64,000 nucleotides of DNA, taken from positions 18-64,017 of the forward strand of contig CAZSIU010000001.1 of assembly GCA_964607225.1 (NCBI GenBank). Reading direction: 5' to 3'. Positions 19,033 through 30,124 of this stretch are shown here, piece after piece. This DNA is from an uncultured Methanosarcinales archaeon. GTDB taxonomy: Archaea; Nanobdellota; Nanobdellia; Woesearchaeales; GW2011-AR4. The translations under genes and the position numbers were made by a program. The first letter of the stretch is position 1. Each line of letters opens with the position of its first letter. A model generated the notes under the pieces. It saw only the letters and a program-made list of their open reading frames with translations, ran no database searches and was not told where the DNA came from.

Positions 19033-20445
19033 TTATTTAAATTTCAATCTTTTCATCCCTAATAAACACATCCTTATTAGAATCCACCCATGATAAAATC
19101 TTCTTATTTTTGTTGTGCCGTACTTTCTTTCCTTGTATCTTATAGGAATTTCCACTATATGCAAATTCATTTTCGAGGCTCCAAAAAGCAGATCAAAATC
19201 TCCAAATGGGTCCAGATTATCAAAATACTTTCTATATTCTTTTAGAACCATATAATCTTTCTTGTATAACGCTTTTGTTCCACATAATGTATCTCTTATT
19301 CTTTGTTCAAGAATCCATGTAAATATTCTACTGAACACCCAATTGCCAAAAAGGTTTATATATCTCATAGCTTCTTTTTCCATAGGATATACTAGTCTTG
19401 AGCCATTCACAAATTGCGCTTTTCCTTCTTTAATGGCAATATAAAACTTAGGTAGATCTTCTGGAGGGACTGTAAGGTCCGCATCCAAAATCATAAGTAT
19501 GTCTCCAGATGCTTTTAGGAATCCTTTTCTGACAGCATCCCCTTTGCCTTTACCCACTCCCTGATGCATTAATTTTATATCTTTATTTCTGTATTTTTTC
19601 ATTACCCTTTTTATTTCTTCTACAGTGCCGTCTGTTGAATTTCCATCAACAAATAAAATTTCCTGGTGTTTCCCAAATTTAGGAATTCTTTTAATTCCTT
19701 TCTCTATATTTCCTTTTTCATTCCTGCATGGTATAAGTATGGTGACACTATAATCCTTAGAAATTGATGGACTCTGCTCTTTTCTCGCAATTATGTATTG
19801 AATCATGCATAATCTTCTTATTAAAGGAAGCTTTGCAATGTACTTATTCAATATAGTTGAGATTATTGGTATGTATTTTGGTATAAGTAATCTGTAACCG
19901 GTCATTACAACTTTAAAATTATTAAGATAAAGTAAATTCTCTATATCCGGCAAAAAAAGCCAGTTTTGCTCCTTTGTTGGCGTTTTTAATTTTAATTTCT
20001 CTGCAAGCTTCAATATCGGTTGCCAGATATAATTATAATAAGTTATAATAACTTTTGTATTATTATCGCAGACTTTATGAAGTTCCCTGAAAGCCTGCCA
20101 TACATCATCTAAATGGCCTATGAGATCAGACATTATGATATAATCAAATTTTTCATTAAGATTAAGATTTTCTGCATTCGACACATTAAAATTCAGATTT
20201 TTGTATTTTTTCTTGGCTATATCTACCATATTTGGACTGAAATCTATGCCCAAGCCTTTTGATGGTTGAAGCGCATTAAGAAGATTTCCTGTAGCGCTTC
20301 CTATTTCAAGAACTTTCTTATTTATAGGAATCAATGTTCTTAAGAAATTTTCAATATCCCTATTATAGTATTTATTTCTAGATTTAAATCTATCCCATTT
20401 ATTTGCTAAAGAATCAAAGAATTTTATTTTATCTGACTTTGTCAT
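19033..20445 (-). CDS. Bifunctional class I SAM methyltransferase (N) / GT2 DPM1-like glycosyltransferase (C) fusion
   Basis: The N-terminal half has VLEIGSATGN. The C-terminal half has ILIPCRNEKGNI...VDGNSTDGT...DADLT. Confidence 0.8.
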   Translation of the reverse strand: MTKSDKIKFFDSLANKWDRFKSRNKYYNRDIENFLRTLIPINKKVLEIGSATGNLLNALQPSKGLGIDFSPNMVDIAKKKYKNLNFNVSNAENLNLNEKFDYIIMSDLIGHLDDVWQAFRELHKVCDNNTKVIITYYNYIWQPILKLAEKLKLKTPTKEQNWLFLPDIENLLYLNNFKVVMTGYRLLIPKYIPIISTILNKYIAKLPLIRRLCMIQYIIARKEQSPSISKDYSVTILIPCRNEKGNIEKGIKRIPKFGKHQEILFVDGNSTDGTVEEIKRVMKKYRNKDIKLMHQGVGKGKGDAVRKGFLKASGDILMILDADLTVPPEDLPKFYIAIKEGKAQFVNGSRLVYPMEKEAMRYINLFGNWVFSRIFTWILEQRIRDTLCGTKALYKKDYMVLKEYRKYFDNLDPFGDFDLLFGASKMNLHIVEIPIRYKERKYGTTKIRRFYHGWILIRMCLLGMKRLKFK

Positions 20446-20450
20446 TTGAG

Positions 20451-22390
<1,940 letters not shown>

Positions 22391-22451
22391 TTTAGTCTGA
22401 GAATGGGTTAAAAGTATAAAAAACTAACTGTTTAATTTACTTTAACCCAAA

Positions 22452-22462
22452 ATTTTTAAAAA
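22452..22462 (+). promoter_or_regulatory. Putative TATA box (atttttaaaaa), about 23 nt before the ATG at 22485
   Basis: AT-rich box at the recurring distance. Confidence 0.3.
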
Positions 22463-22484
22463 GCGGGAATTAGTCGCTTATAAA

Positions 22485-23975
22485 ATGACAAACTATACAA
22501 AATATGCAGTCAGAGGTGTTGTAACAGTATTAATTTTGTCTCTCTTAGCAGCGTTTCTAGGTTATCTTGTAAGGCTTGTTTTAGCCAGAAGCCTTACTGT
22601 AGAAGAGTTTGGCCTCTTTAATTCAGTCTTTGCATTTTTAGGAATGTTGGGTATTTTTAAAAGTCTGGGTTTTGATAGGGCACTTATAAAATTTATTCCT
22701 GAATTTGAACATGAAAACAGAAGCGATTTAATTAAAAGCTCTTTAATTTATGTATCAATTATTCAACTTATAACAAATACCATAATTATTTTAGGGGTCT
22801 ATTTATTTGCAAATTATCTAAGTTTAAATTTCTTTCACAGCCTTCAAACTCAGGTTATTCTTAAATTAATGGCGATAGCATTTTTTCTTGATAGTTTTGT
22901 TATGGTATTAAAATTTGCATTTCAGGGATTTAAAAAGATGGCTTATTATTCTGGAATAGACTTGATCAGAATGTTGCTTGTATTAATTATAATTTTAATT
23001 GGGTTCAAATTGAATTATGGATTATTAAGTCCAGTAGCTGCATACATCATTACTCCTTTAACCTTAATATTGATTTTTGGATGGATATTACTCAATAAGG
23101 TTTTTCCAGAATTCATTAAATTGAAATTTATTTTGGATAAAAATTTGCTGAAAAAAATATCAAAATATAGCATATTTATCGTAGAGACAGGTGTAGCTGG
23201 GATGATACTATATTATACGGACATACTAGCTTTGACTTATTTCTCTGGTTTGATAAATGTTGGTTTATATAGTGTAGCTCTTCCAACTGCGAAAGTACTA
23301 ATGTATTTCCCTAGAGCAATTGGTGGTGTGCTATTACCATTGACATCTGAATTATGGGTTAAAGGTAAAGAAAAAATATTAAGGGCCGGTATAGAACTGC
23401 TCTACAAATATTCTTTGATAATTATAGTGCCTTTAGCTTTTATTATGTTTTCTTTTGCAGATTTACTTATAACTGTATTATATGGAGAGAAGTATATTTT
23501 AGCAGCTAACTCTATGAAGATTTTAAGCATAGGTATGATATTCGCAATTTTATATGGGATAAACATTAGTTTTTTTGCAGGCATAGGGAAACCACAAATT
23601 ACTAGCAAGATAGTCTATACCGCTGCTATTTTTAACTTTGTAGCAAACATAACCTTAATCCCTTTTATAGGAATTATAGGTGCTGCCCTGGCAACAACTG
23701 GAAGTTATTTTATAATGATGGTGGTGGGTCTATGGTACATAAAAAAGTTTATTGAAATAAGTTTCCCTGTCAAAATTTGGATAAAAACTTTATTTATTGG
23801 ATTAGTATTTATTTTTGCAATTTGGCTATTTAAAAAAATATTAGTACTTAATGTGTGGCTGGAAACTGCCGTTGTGATTGGAGCAGCTGGAATAATTTAC
23901 ATGGTATTGTTATTTTTGTTGAGAGTAATAGATATTAATGAGCTAAAAGAATTATATAAGAGAGTAATGATTTAA
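22485..23975 (+). CDS. MOP-superfamily oligosaccharide flippase (Wzx-like polysaccharide biosynthesis protein)
   Basis: It has about 14 TM helices and is 496 aa, the typical Wzx size and hydropathy. Confidence 0.7.
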   Translation: MTNYTKYAVRGVVTVLILSLLAAFLGYLVRLVLARSLTVEEFGLFNSVFAFLGMLGIFKSLGFDRALIKFIPEFEHENRSDLIKSSLIYVSIIQLITNTIIILGVYLFANYLSLNFFHSLQTQVILKLMAIAFFLDSFVMVLKFAFQGFKKMAYYSGIDLIRMLLVLIIILIGFKLNYGLLSPVAAYIITPLTLILIFGWILLNKVFPEFIKLKFILDKNLLKKISKYSIFIVETGVAGMILYYTDILALTYFSGLINVGLYSVALPTAKVLMYFPRAIGGVLLPLTSELWVKGKEKILRAGIELLYKYSLIIIVPLAFIMFSFADLLITVLYGEKYILAANSMKILSIGMIFAILYGINISFFAGIGKPQITSKIVYTAAIFNFVANITLIPFIGIIGAALATTGSYFIMMVVGLWYIKKFIEISFPVKIWIKTLFIGLVFIFAIWLFKKILVLNVWLETAVVIGAAGIIYMVLLFLLRVIDINELKELYKRVMI

Positions 23976-24024
23976 TCATGCTTTATTCTTAAAGAATTTA
24001 GCTTTTACGCTTAGAATTATAGCT

Positions 24025-25032
24025 ATGAAAAGGTTTATAAATATAATTATTTTAGCGTTAAAAAATGTGAGGGTAATGTGTATGGAAGAAAAAATTAGAC
24101 ATGTGATGGATGAGGAAATAACAAAGCTTTATGATTTTTCTAAATGGATGCCTGAAGGTAGAAAGAAGTCATTTGATATTATTAATCATGTTTTGAGGGT
24201 TTTAACACAGTCTGGTGATATAAATAAATTCAAGCCACAAATCTACAAATTGCTTGAGTACCAACATGAGGATGGCGGCTTTGGCGAATATGCCACAGAT
24301 CAAAAATCAGAGATAAGAGAAACTGCTTTCATTCTAAGGAATTTGATTACAGCCAATAGAAAACTAAAAGACCAAAAAATAGATGCTGCTGTCAGGAAAA
24401 TTGTAAGCTATCTTTTGGCAAGGCAAACTCCTAAAGGGACATGGATTGATACATTATGGGGGGAGTTTGATGCTACAAGCATATCCACAGGCGCTTTGAT
24501 GTTTGCAGTTAAAGAAGACATAATGGTCGATAAAGCACAGCCTGCTGTTGATAAAGCTCTAACGCTTGTCAAAGAAATGAGAGACCCGGATGGCGGCTGG
24601 TATGATCCTTTGTTCAAGCAAGAAGTTAGAAGATCTCCTGTTGCCTGGACAGGACATTTGCTTCCTAAGTTCGTCATGTACTATGGCAATACCCCTGAAT
24701 CAAGACAATCAATAAGACTATTAGCAGATGCGCAGGAAGAAAACGGAAGCTGGGACAATAACGATACAGATCACACATGCGACGCTGTAAGGGCAATTAT
24801 GGTGTGCTGCGAGTTGACTGGCATTCATGATTATGATGACGGCATTGACAAAGCAATTCAATGGATTATTGACGCAAGAAATCCTGATGGTGGTTGGGGA
24901 ACGGAGATTGGAGCGCCAAGCAATATTTTGATGACATGCGATGTCCTAGACAGCTTTGCCAAATACATATTTTATCTGAAGAAAAAGCCAATAACAAAAG
25001 AGCAGTTCTTAACTAAGTACGACGATTTTTAG
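24025..25032 (+). CDS. Prenyltransferase/squalene-cyclase-type alpha-alpha toroid repeat protein
   Basis: Four QW-like repeats are present: HEDGGFGEY, DPDGGWYDP, QEENGSWDN and NPDGGWGTE. The N-terminus is hydrophobic. Confidence 0.6.
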   Translation: MKRFINIIILALKNVRVMCMEEKIRHVMDEEITKLYDFSKWMPEGRKKSFDIINHVLRVLTQSGDINKFKPQIYKLLEYQHEDGGFGEYATDQKSEIRETAFILRNLITANRKLKDQKIDAAVRKIVSYLLARQTPKGTWIDTLWGEFDATSISTGALMFAVKEDIMVDKAQPAVDKALTLVKEMRDPDGGWYDPLFKQEVRRSPVAWTGHLLPKFVMYYGNTPESRQSIRLLADAQEENGSWDNNDTDHTCDAVRAIMVCCELTGIHDYDDGIDKAIQWIIDARNPDGGWGTEIGAPSNILMTCDVLDSFAKYIFYLKKKPITKEQFLTKYDDF

Positions 25033-26092
25033 ACTTCAAAGCTAGTTGCAAATAATCGAGACTATTGTCGAACTTTGAGAAATTTCTTGTTATTAGTTGG
25101 AAAGCTACCTTTCTTATTCTGCTGATTAGACTTGCGTCACTTCTGTCTATATATGGTGCTGGACTAGAGCCAGCTATTCTGTAGATCATAGTCATTCCCG
25201 CATATTTTACTGCTCTTTTTTCATTATCATTGTCTTTTAAGGCAAGCATCTCTTCATCATAGCCTCTTGTAATTTGTCTTGCAGCATTTATCCCTTCTTG
25301 CAGCCTATCATTTCTAATTACAATCATCAAAAAGTAATGCCCCAACAAAAACCCTAGATCGAATGGTGGGTCCCCTATTCCAGTTGCCATTTCAAAATCC
25401 ACTAACCCTATGCCATTTTTTCTCTCGAATGCATTTTTTGGGCAGCAGTCTGAGTTGGCAAGAACGTTGTATATATGGTGGTTTCTAACGTCTTCATAAA
25501 ATCTTTTTACCTCTCTGTTTACCTCTAGTGGTAATTTGCCATTTTTTAATATTCCAATTGTTCTCATGCGAAGATATAGCTCCCATATATCTATGTCTTC
25601 TTTTTTAGAGCCTCTCACTACTCTTTTTTGCCCAAAAGTTGCTTTATGAGTTATCCCTAGAAATTTTCCAAGATAGTATGCTGTTCCCTCATTAAAGTTC
25701 CCATAAAGCAAAGAGTCTTCCAGCAAAATTCCATCCTTTTTAACATCTGATAGGACAAGTATATTGTTATGCGAATCGTATTCTAAAATCCTGGGAATTT
25801 CAATCTGAGGCGGTACAAGGGGGGCTACTATTTCTATAAATCTTCTTTCATATCTAATCCTTTCTTTAGGTATGCTTACGAAATCCTCTCCAATCTTGTT
25901 TTTGTGTTTAGCTTCATGCAAAGCTTGTTTGAAGTAAATTACACTGCCATTTGATTGTACCCTGTAGACATAATTAAGAGCCCCTACATCAATAAATTCT
26001 ATATTAATTTTACCTGGTTTTTCTCCAAAAAGTTTTGACCACAGTTCTCTTATGTATTGCTCTCTTTGAGCCTTATCCCTTAATTCTATCAT
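25013..26092 (-). CDS. APH-fold small-molecule kinase (LicA/MtnK/NahK-like)
   Basis: VDFEMATGIGDPPFDLGFLLGHY resembles the MtnK/choline-kinase D-x-E...D catalytic loop region. It is 359 aa. Confidence 0.6.
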   Translation of the reverse strand: MIELRDKAQREQYIRELWSKLFGEKPGKINIEFIDVGALNYVYRVQSNGSVIYFKQALHEAKHKNKIGEDFVSIPKERIRYERRFIEIVAPLVPPQIEIPRILEYDSHNNILVLSDVKKDGILLEDSLLYGNFNEGTAYYLGKFLGITHKATFGQKRVVRGSKKEDIDIWELYLRMRTIGILKNGKLPLEVNREVKRFYEDVRNHHIYNVLANSDCCPKNAFERKNGIGLVDFEMATGIGDPPFDLGFLLGHYFLMIVIRNDRLQEGINAARQITRGYDEEMLALKDNDNEKRAVKYAGMTMIYRIAGSSPAPYIDRSDASLISRIRKVAFQLITRNFSKFDNSLDYLQLALKSKNRRT

Positions 26093-26142
26093 ATACCGAA
26101 ATAATAGTAATATATTTAAGTAATTTGCTATTAACGATAATT

Positions 26143-26799
26143 ATGATTAAAGCTGTTATTTTTGATGCTGGCGATGTGGTTTACTACAGGGATGAAGTAA
26201 CCTTAAAGCCTATGCTTGATTTTTTAAGGAAAAATGGCTTCAATATATCTGCAAAAGCATTCTTAAAAGCATATGACGCAAATTCACTGGCACTTTACAA
26301 AGGTAAAGTTTCAAAAGATGATAATCTAAAAAATGTATTAAAGTTTCTGAAAATAAGATTTAATGAGCAGTTTTTTGACAAATTTGCAAAAATTTTTAGA
26401 AAGAGTTTTTCTGATATTAAAATCAAAGAGAATGTCTATGAAATTTTTGAAAGAATTAAATCTAAGGGTATGAAAATAGCTGTTTTGACTGATACTTTTT
26501 CTTCAGAAGAAAAAAAATGGGAATGGTTTAAAAGCATCGATGTTGCGCAATTCATAGACATTATTGTATGTTCAAGTGTAACAGGATTTACAAAAGATAA
26601 AAAAGAAGCATATACAATAACGCTACAAAAATTAAATTTGAAGCCTAAAGAGGCTATTTTTGTTGGGCATAAAAAATATGAAATGACAGGCGCTAAGCTT
26701 GCTAACGTAAAATCTGTTTCATTGGAGAAAGACGCTGGCGCAGATTATTATGTCAGCTATATTTCTAATATTTTAAATTTGATTTATAAGCTTAATTAA
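26143..26799 (+). CDS. HAD-superfamily hydrolase/phosphatase
   Basis: IKAVIFDAGDVVY is HAD motif I (DxD), and VGHKKYEMTGA resembles motif IV. The start was trimmed to M37, where a proper ATG is present. Confidence 0.7.
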   Translation: MIKAVIFDAGDVVYYRDEVTLKPMLDFLRKNGFNISAKAFLKAYDANSLALYKGKVSKDDNLKNVLKFLKIRFNEQFFDKFAKIFRKSFSDIKIKENVYEIFERIKSKGMKIAVLTDTFSSEEKKWEWFKSIDVAQFIDIIVCSSVTGFTKDKKEAYTITLQKLNLKPKEAIFVGHKKYEMTGAKLANVKSVSLEKDAGADYYVSYISNILNLIYKLN

Positions 26800-27544
26800 A
26801 TTTTTTCTTTGCATTTTCCAGATCTTCCATTGTATCAATTTCAGCATAGTTTTTGCTGCTTGTATAAATTGGATATATTTTAAATCCTTTTTTAATAAAA
26901 TCCATCAATAAATACGAAGGAGAAGGGTATTTTTTGATCTCGCCACTTTTGATTAATTTAAAAATTCTGGCTTTGATTATTTGGATGCCTTTTCTGCTGA
27001 ATCTTGCCACTCCTATGTATTTGCCGCTTGTTTCATCATGCGATAAGCTCTTTGATATTTTTTTAACGAACCCTTTTGATATGTAAACTTTTGTATAGCC
27101 TTTTATTATTTTCATCCCTTTGTATTTTTCTATCAACTGCGGGTTTTCATCAAAATACTTCCCTTTTTCAATAGCAAGGCAAAAATCTTTTTTGCATCTT
27201 AATAGGCTCTTAACTATATCCGGCTTGAAAATTATGTCGCCATAGACTAAAATTGTTTCATCATTCAATTCATTTTTAGCTTTAAAAAGGCTTTCTAGCA
27301 GTCCTGTTGTCTCGTAATCTTTGTTTAGATAAAACTTGACATTTTTATTTCGTAATTTTTTCTTTACCCTATCAGCCTGATACCCTACCACGACACTTAT
27401 GTCATCAATTCTGTTCAACTTCAACGCATTGATTTGATGTTCTATTATGGGTTTGTTTTGAAGTTTTATCATGCATTTTGGCGTTCTCTGCCCTAGCCTT
27501 CCAAGCCTTTTCCCAGCTCCTGCTGCAAGTATTATTGCTTTCAT
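26792..27544 (-). CDS. LicC-like sugar/alcohol-phosphate nucleotidyltransferase (candidate phosphonate/phosphoalcohol cytidylyltransferase)
   Basis: MKAIILAAGAGKRLG...PKCMIKL matches the LicC/PntC-type NTP-transferase N-terminus. It is 250 aa. Confidence 0.7.
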   Translation of the reverse strand: MKAIILAAGAGKRLGRLGQRTPKCMIKLQNKPIIEHQINALKLNRIDDISVVVGYQADRVKKKLRNKNVKFYLNKDYETTGLLESLFKAKNELNDETILVYGDIIFKPDIVKSLLRCKKDFCLAIEKGKYFDENPQLIEKYKGMKIIKGYTKVYISKGFVKKISKSLSHDETSGKYIGVARFSRKGIQIIKARIFKLIKSGEIKKYPSPSYLLMDFIKKGFKIYPIYTSSKNYAEIDTMEDLENAKKKFN

Positions 27545-28179
27545 TTTATTTTATTTAGTATATCTTTCAATGCTTCTTCTGTTAGTTTTCTCGGGTTATT
27601 TTTTACTCTGTCTGGGTTAAACCCGTTTTTTATGATTATATTTATATCATTATCTGTTTTTATCCCTAAATCACTTAATTTTGTACTTAATCCTATATTT
27701 TCATTAAGGCTGTAATTCTTTTACTTGCATCTTCAATATTTTTTGCGTCGATAAAGCTAACAATTTCGTTTATATTTTTTAACATAATCAACACCTCTTT
27801 TGTCTAATAAATCTTGTTTTGTAACTTGTGAATTGTAAACAATCATAGGAGCAATTGTCAATGCAACTGCATGGCCATGAGGAACATTGAAATAGGATGT
27901 TATTGGATAAGAAATTGCATGACAAGCAGTTGTTTTTGTAATATTAATTGCATTTCCCAGTCCTGCATTTTGCATATAAACTAATCCAATTTTTCCAGTA
28001 GCAAGAGCAATTGCATTGCCTTCATTTGCAGCAATAATATGTTTTCGTCTTTTTGCATTATCCATTATATATGCGTTAAAGTCTTTAAGCAAAGAGTCAG
28101 GGACGCCAGTAAAAAAATCAATGCCATTTTTTACCAGATAATCGTAGATAGAACGTTGGCTATAAAGTGGATGGTGATT
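27545..28179 (-). pseudogene. Chimeric relic: the 5' part of ppd' (phosphonopyruvate decarboxylase, lacking its ATG) joined in-frame to the 3' part of adh', with a large internal deletion
   Basis: Positions 27958-28179 are about 75-80% identical to ppd 32161-32390. Positions 27776-27957 are 100% identical to adh 30363-30544. Positions 27545-27775 are a diverged copy of adh 30125-30362. The junction falls on an 8-bp 'gcatttcc' (GNA codons) shared by both genes. Confidence 0.8.
27776..27957. repeat. About 182-bp perfect direct repeat of adh 30363-30544 inside the relic
   Basis: The match is base for base, while the flanks have diverged. Confidence 0.85.
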
Positions 28180-28932
28180 TTATTCTCCGCCAGTAACATC
28201 AAGAATTGTGTTGGTAATAAACGTACTTCTTGGACCCGCAAGAAATAACACGGCATTTGATATTTCAAAAGGCTCGGCAAGTCTTTTTAACGGTATATAA
28301 TTAATACGAGCTGAAAGATCATTTCTACCTATCTTCTTATGAAAGGGAGTTTTTGTAGCACCTGGCCTAACAGCATTAACTAATACATTAAATGGAGCTC
28401 CTATCTTAGCAAAAGCTTTTGTTAAAGCTTCAAGAGCTGCCTTTGATGCACTATAATGCATAGTAGCTTCACCACCTCCATGTTGCCAGCCGCCGCTACT
28501 AATGTTTATGATCCGTCCATTACGCTTCTTAGACATAATAGAAAAAGCAGCACGGCTTAATAAAAATGGAGCTTTAAGATTCACTTGAAAGGTTCTATAC
28601 CATGCTTCTTCCGATAGGTTTTCAAAAGAAGTGGGCTTATAAACAAATCCGGCATTGTTGACTAATACATCGATACGCCCTTTACTCCACAATACAAATT
28701 TCTTCCACAGGGCATTAACTTCCTGAGAATTAACAAAATCTGACTTAAAAATTTTACATTGGTTATTCTTAGCGTATTTTAACAGCTTTCTTGCACCTTC
28801 CCTATTATCGCAATAATGAGCTCCTACAAAAGCTCCTTCTAAAAGAAAATCTTTGGCTATCTGAAATCCTATGCCACTACTTGAACCAGTAACAAGAATA
28901 TATTTATTTTCGAATTGCTTCTTGTCTTTCAT
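28180..28932 (-). CDS. Short-chain dehydrogenase/reductase (SDR)
   Basis: It has ILVTGSSSGIGFQIA (TGxxxGIG), NNAG and YSASKAALE (YxxxK). Confidence 0.85.
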   Translation of the reverse strand: MKDKKQFENKYILVTGSSSGIGFQIAKDFLLEGAFVGAHYCDNREGARKLLKYAKNNQCKIFKSDFVNSQEVNALWKKFVLWSKGRIDVLVNNAGFVYKPTSFENLSEEAWYRTFQVNLKAPFLLSRAAFSIMSKKRNGRIINISSGGWQHGGGEATMHYSASKAALEALTKAFAKIGAPFNVLVNAVRPGATKTPFHKKIGRNDLSARINYIPLKRLAEPFEISNAVLFLAGPRSTFITNTILDVTGGE

Positions 28933-29821
28933 AATAATCTTCCCATTTGCCTACAAATTCCCCACCCATCAACATTCCATTTGCATCGCAACTATTGCAT
29001 GGAATCTGATCTCGATCAGCCTTAGCTAATTTTACTCTAACCCGTTTCAATGTTTCACTATTCCAAATCTCTAAAATAGATTTTTCCTTAACATTGCCTA
29101 AAATCAATCTTTTATCCCAATCATGGGAGCATAGGACTACAGCACCGTCATAATCAATTAAAGTCTGATAAAATGGATAAAAACACTTCCTTTTAAGAGG
29201 GCTTTTTAGTTTTACTAAGCCAATATCTGGCATTATTTTTGCTCCTGCCCGATTAGAAAGTGTAATGCCAAAATGTTTCTCTGGTGTAAACCAACGTTGT
29301 CTTATACTGAACTGTTCATTACTTAAACCCGTTGCATCTCTCATCTCTTCAAAACGCTTTACTTTGTCTGGACCATCATAAACGCTAACGCCAATCTGAG
29401 TGAGACCCGCTGCAAAAAACTTATTAAGCTTCTCAACAGTTAGAAAATCACCATTAGTCACCATTTCAATCCGTACTTCTGGACAATATTGTTTGGATAA
29501 TCTTATTACTTCTTCTAAATGCCTATAAAGCAAAGGTTCGGAAAATGCAGAATAGAGTATATTTCCCTTGAATCCTACTTTGCTGAGGTCGGACATAACC
29601 TTTTCATACACTTCAATCTGAAGATGTTTATTGGTATTAGGCCAATTCGGATTACTGCGTGGGCAGAAACTACAAGTTCTATTGCATAAATCGCTAAGGT
29701 TGAATTCAATCCAAGAAAAAAGAGGGGGGTCATTTTTATTTACACGCTCTGGATCTTGGCCCTCCATGAATTTACTTTTGCGTGTTATATTTGGATCAAT
29801 AAAAATATATTTTCTTTCCAT
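28904..29821 (-). CDS. Radical SAM enzyme with C-terminal SPASM/twitch-like Cys cluster
   Basis: It has CNRTCSFC (CxxxCxxC), and the C-terminal region carries CFYPF...CSHDW...CNSCDANG. It is 305 aa. Confidence 0.75.
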   Translation of the reverse strand: MERKYIFIDPNITRKSKFMEGQDPERVNKNDPPLFSWIEFNLSDLCNRTCSFCPRSNPNWPNTNKHLQIEVYEKVMSDLSKVGFKGNILYSAFSEPLLYRHLEEVIRLSKQYCPEVRIEMVTNGDFLTVEKLNKFFAAGLTQIGVSVYDGPDKVKRFEEMRDATGLSNEQFSIRQRWFTPEKHFGITLSNRAGAKIMPDIGLVKLKSPLKRKCFYPFYQTLIDYDGAVVLCSHDWDKRLILGNVKEKSILEIWNSETLKRVRVKLAKADRDQIPCNSCDANGMLMGGEFVGKWEDYYERQEAIRK

Positions 29822-30124
29822 TTTCCTTTTTTACGAAATAGTACCATTACTATTTAATTCTTTCTATGATCAATTATTTCTCTGTTATCCTGAAACTGGT
29901 TCCAGTCACGAAACTATAGCAAATCACACTAATATTCGTATCTTTTCATTGTGATTTGCTTATTAGGAAATAATAAATGTATACGAAAATTAAAGTTATT
30001 TCCTATAATTCCGTTTTGTAAGCTCTTATTTCTTCAAACTTAAATCTTACATTTTTAGAGCAGTTCATAAAAGCTTCTTTATATTACAATAAAGTTATGG
30101 TTGTTCTATATAGAATAAACACTT

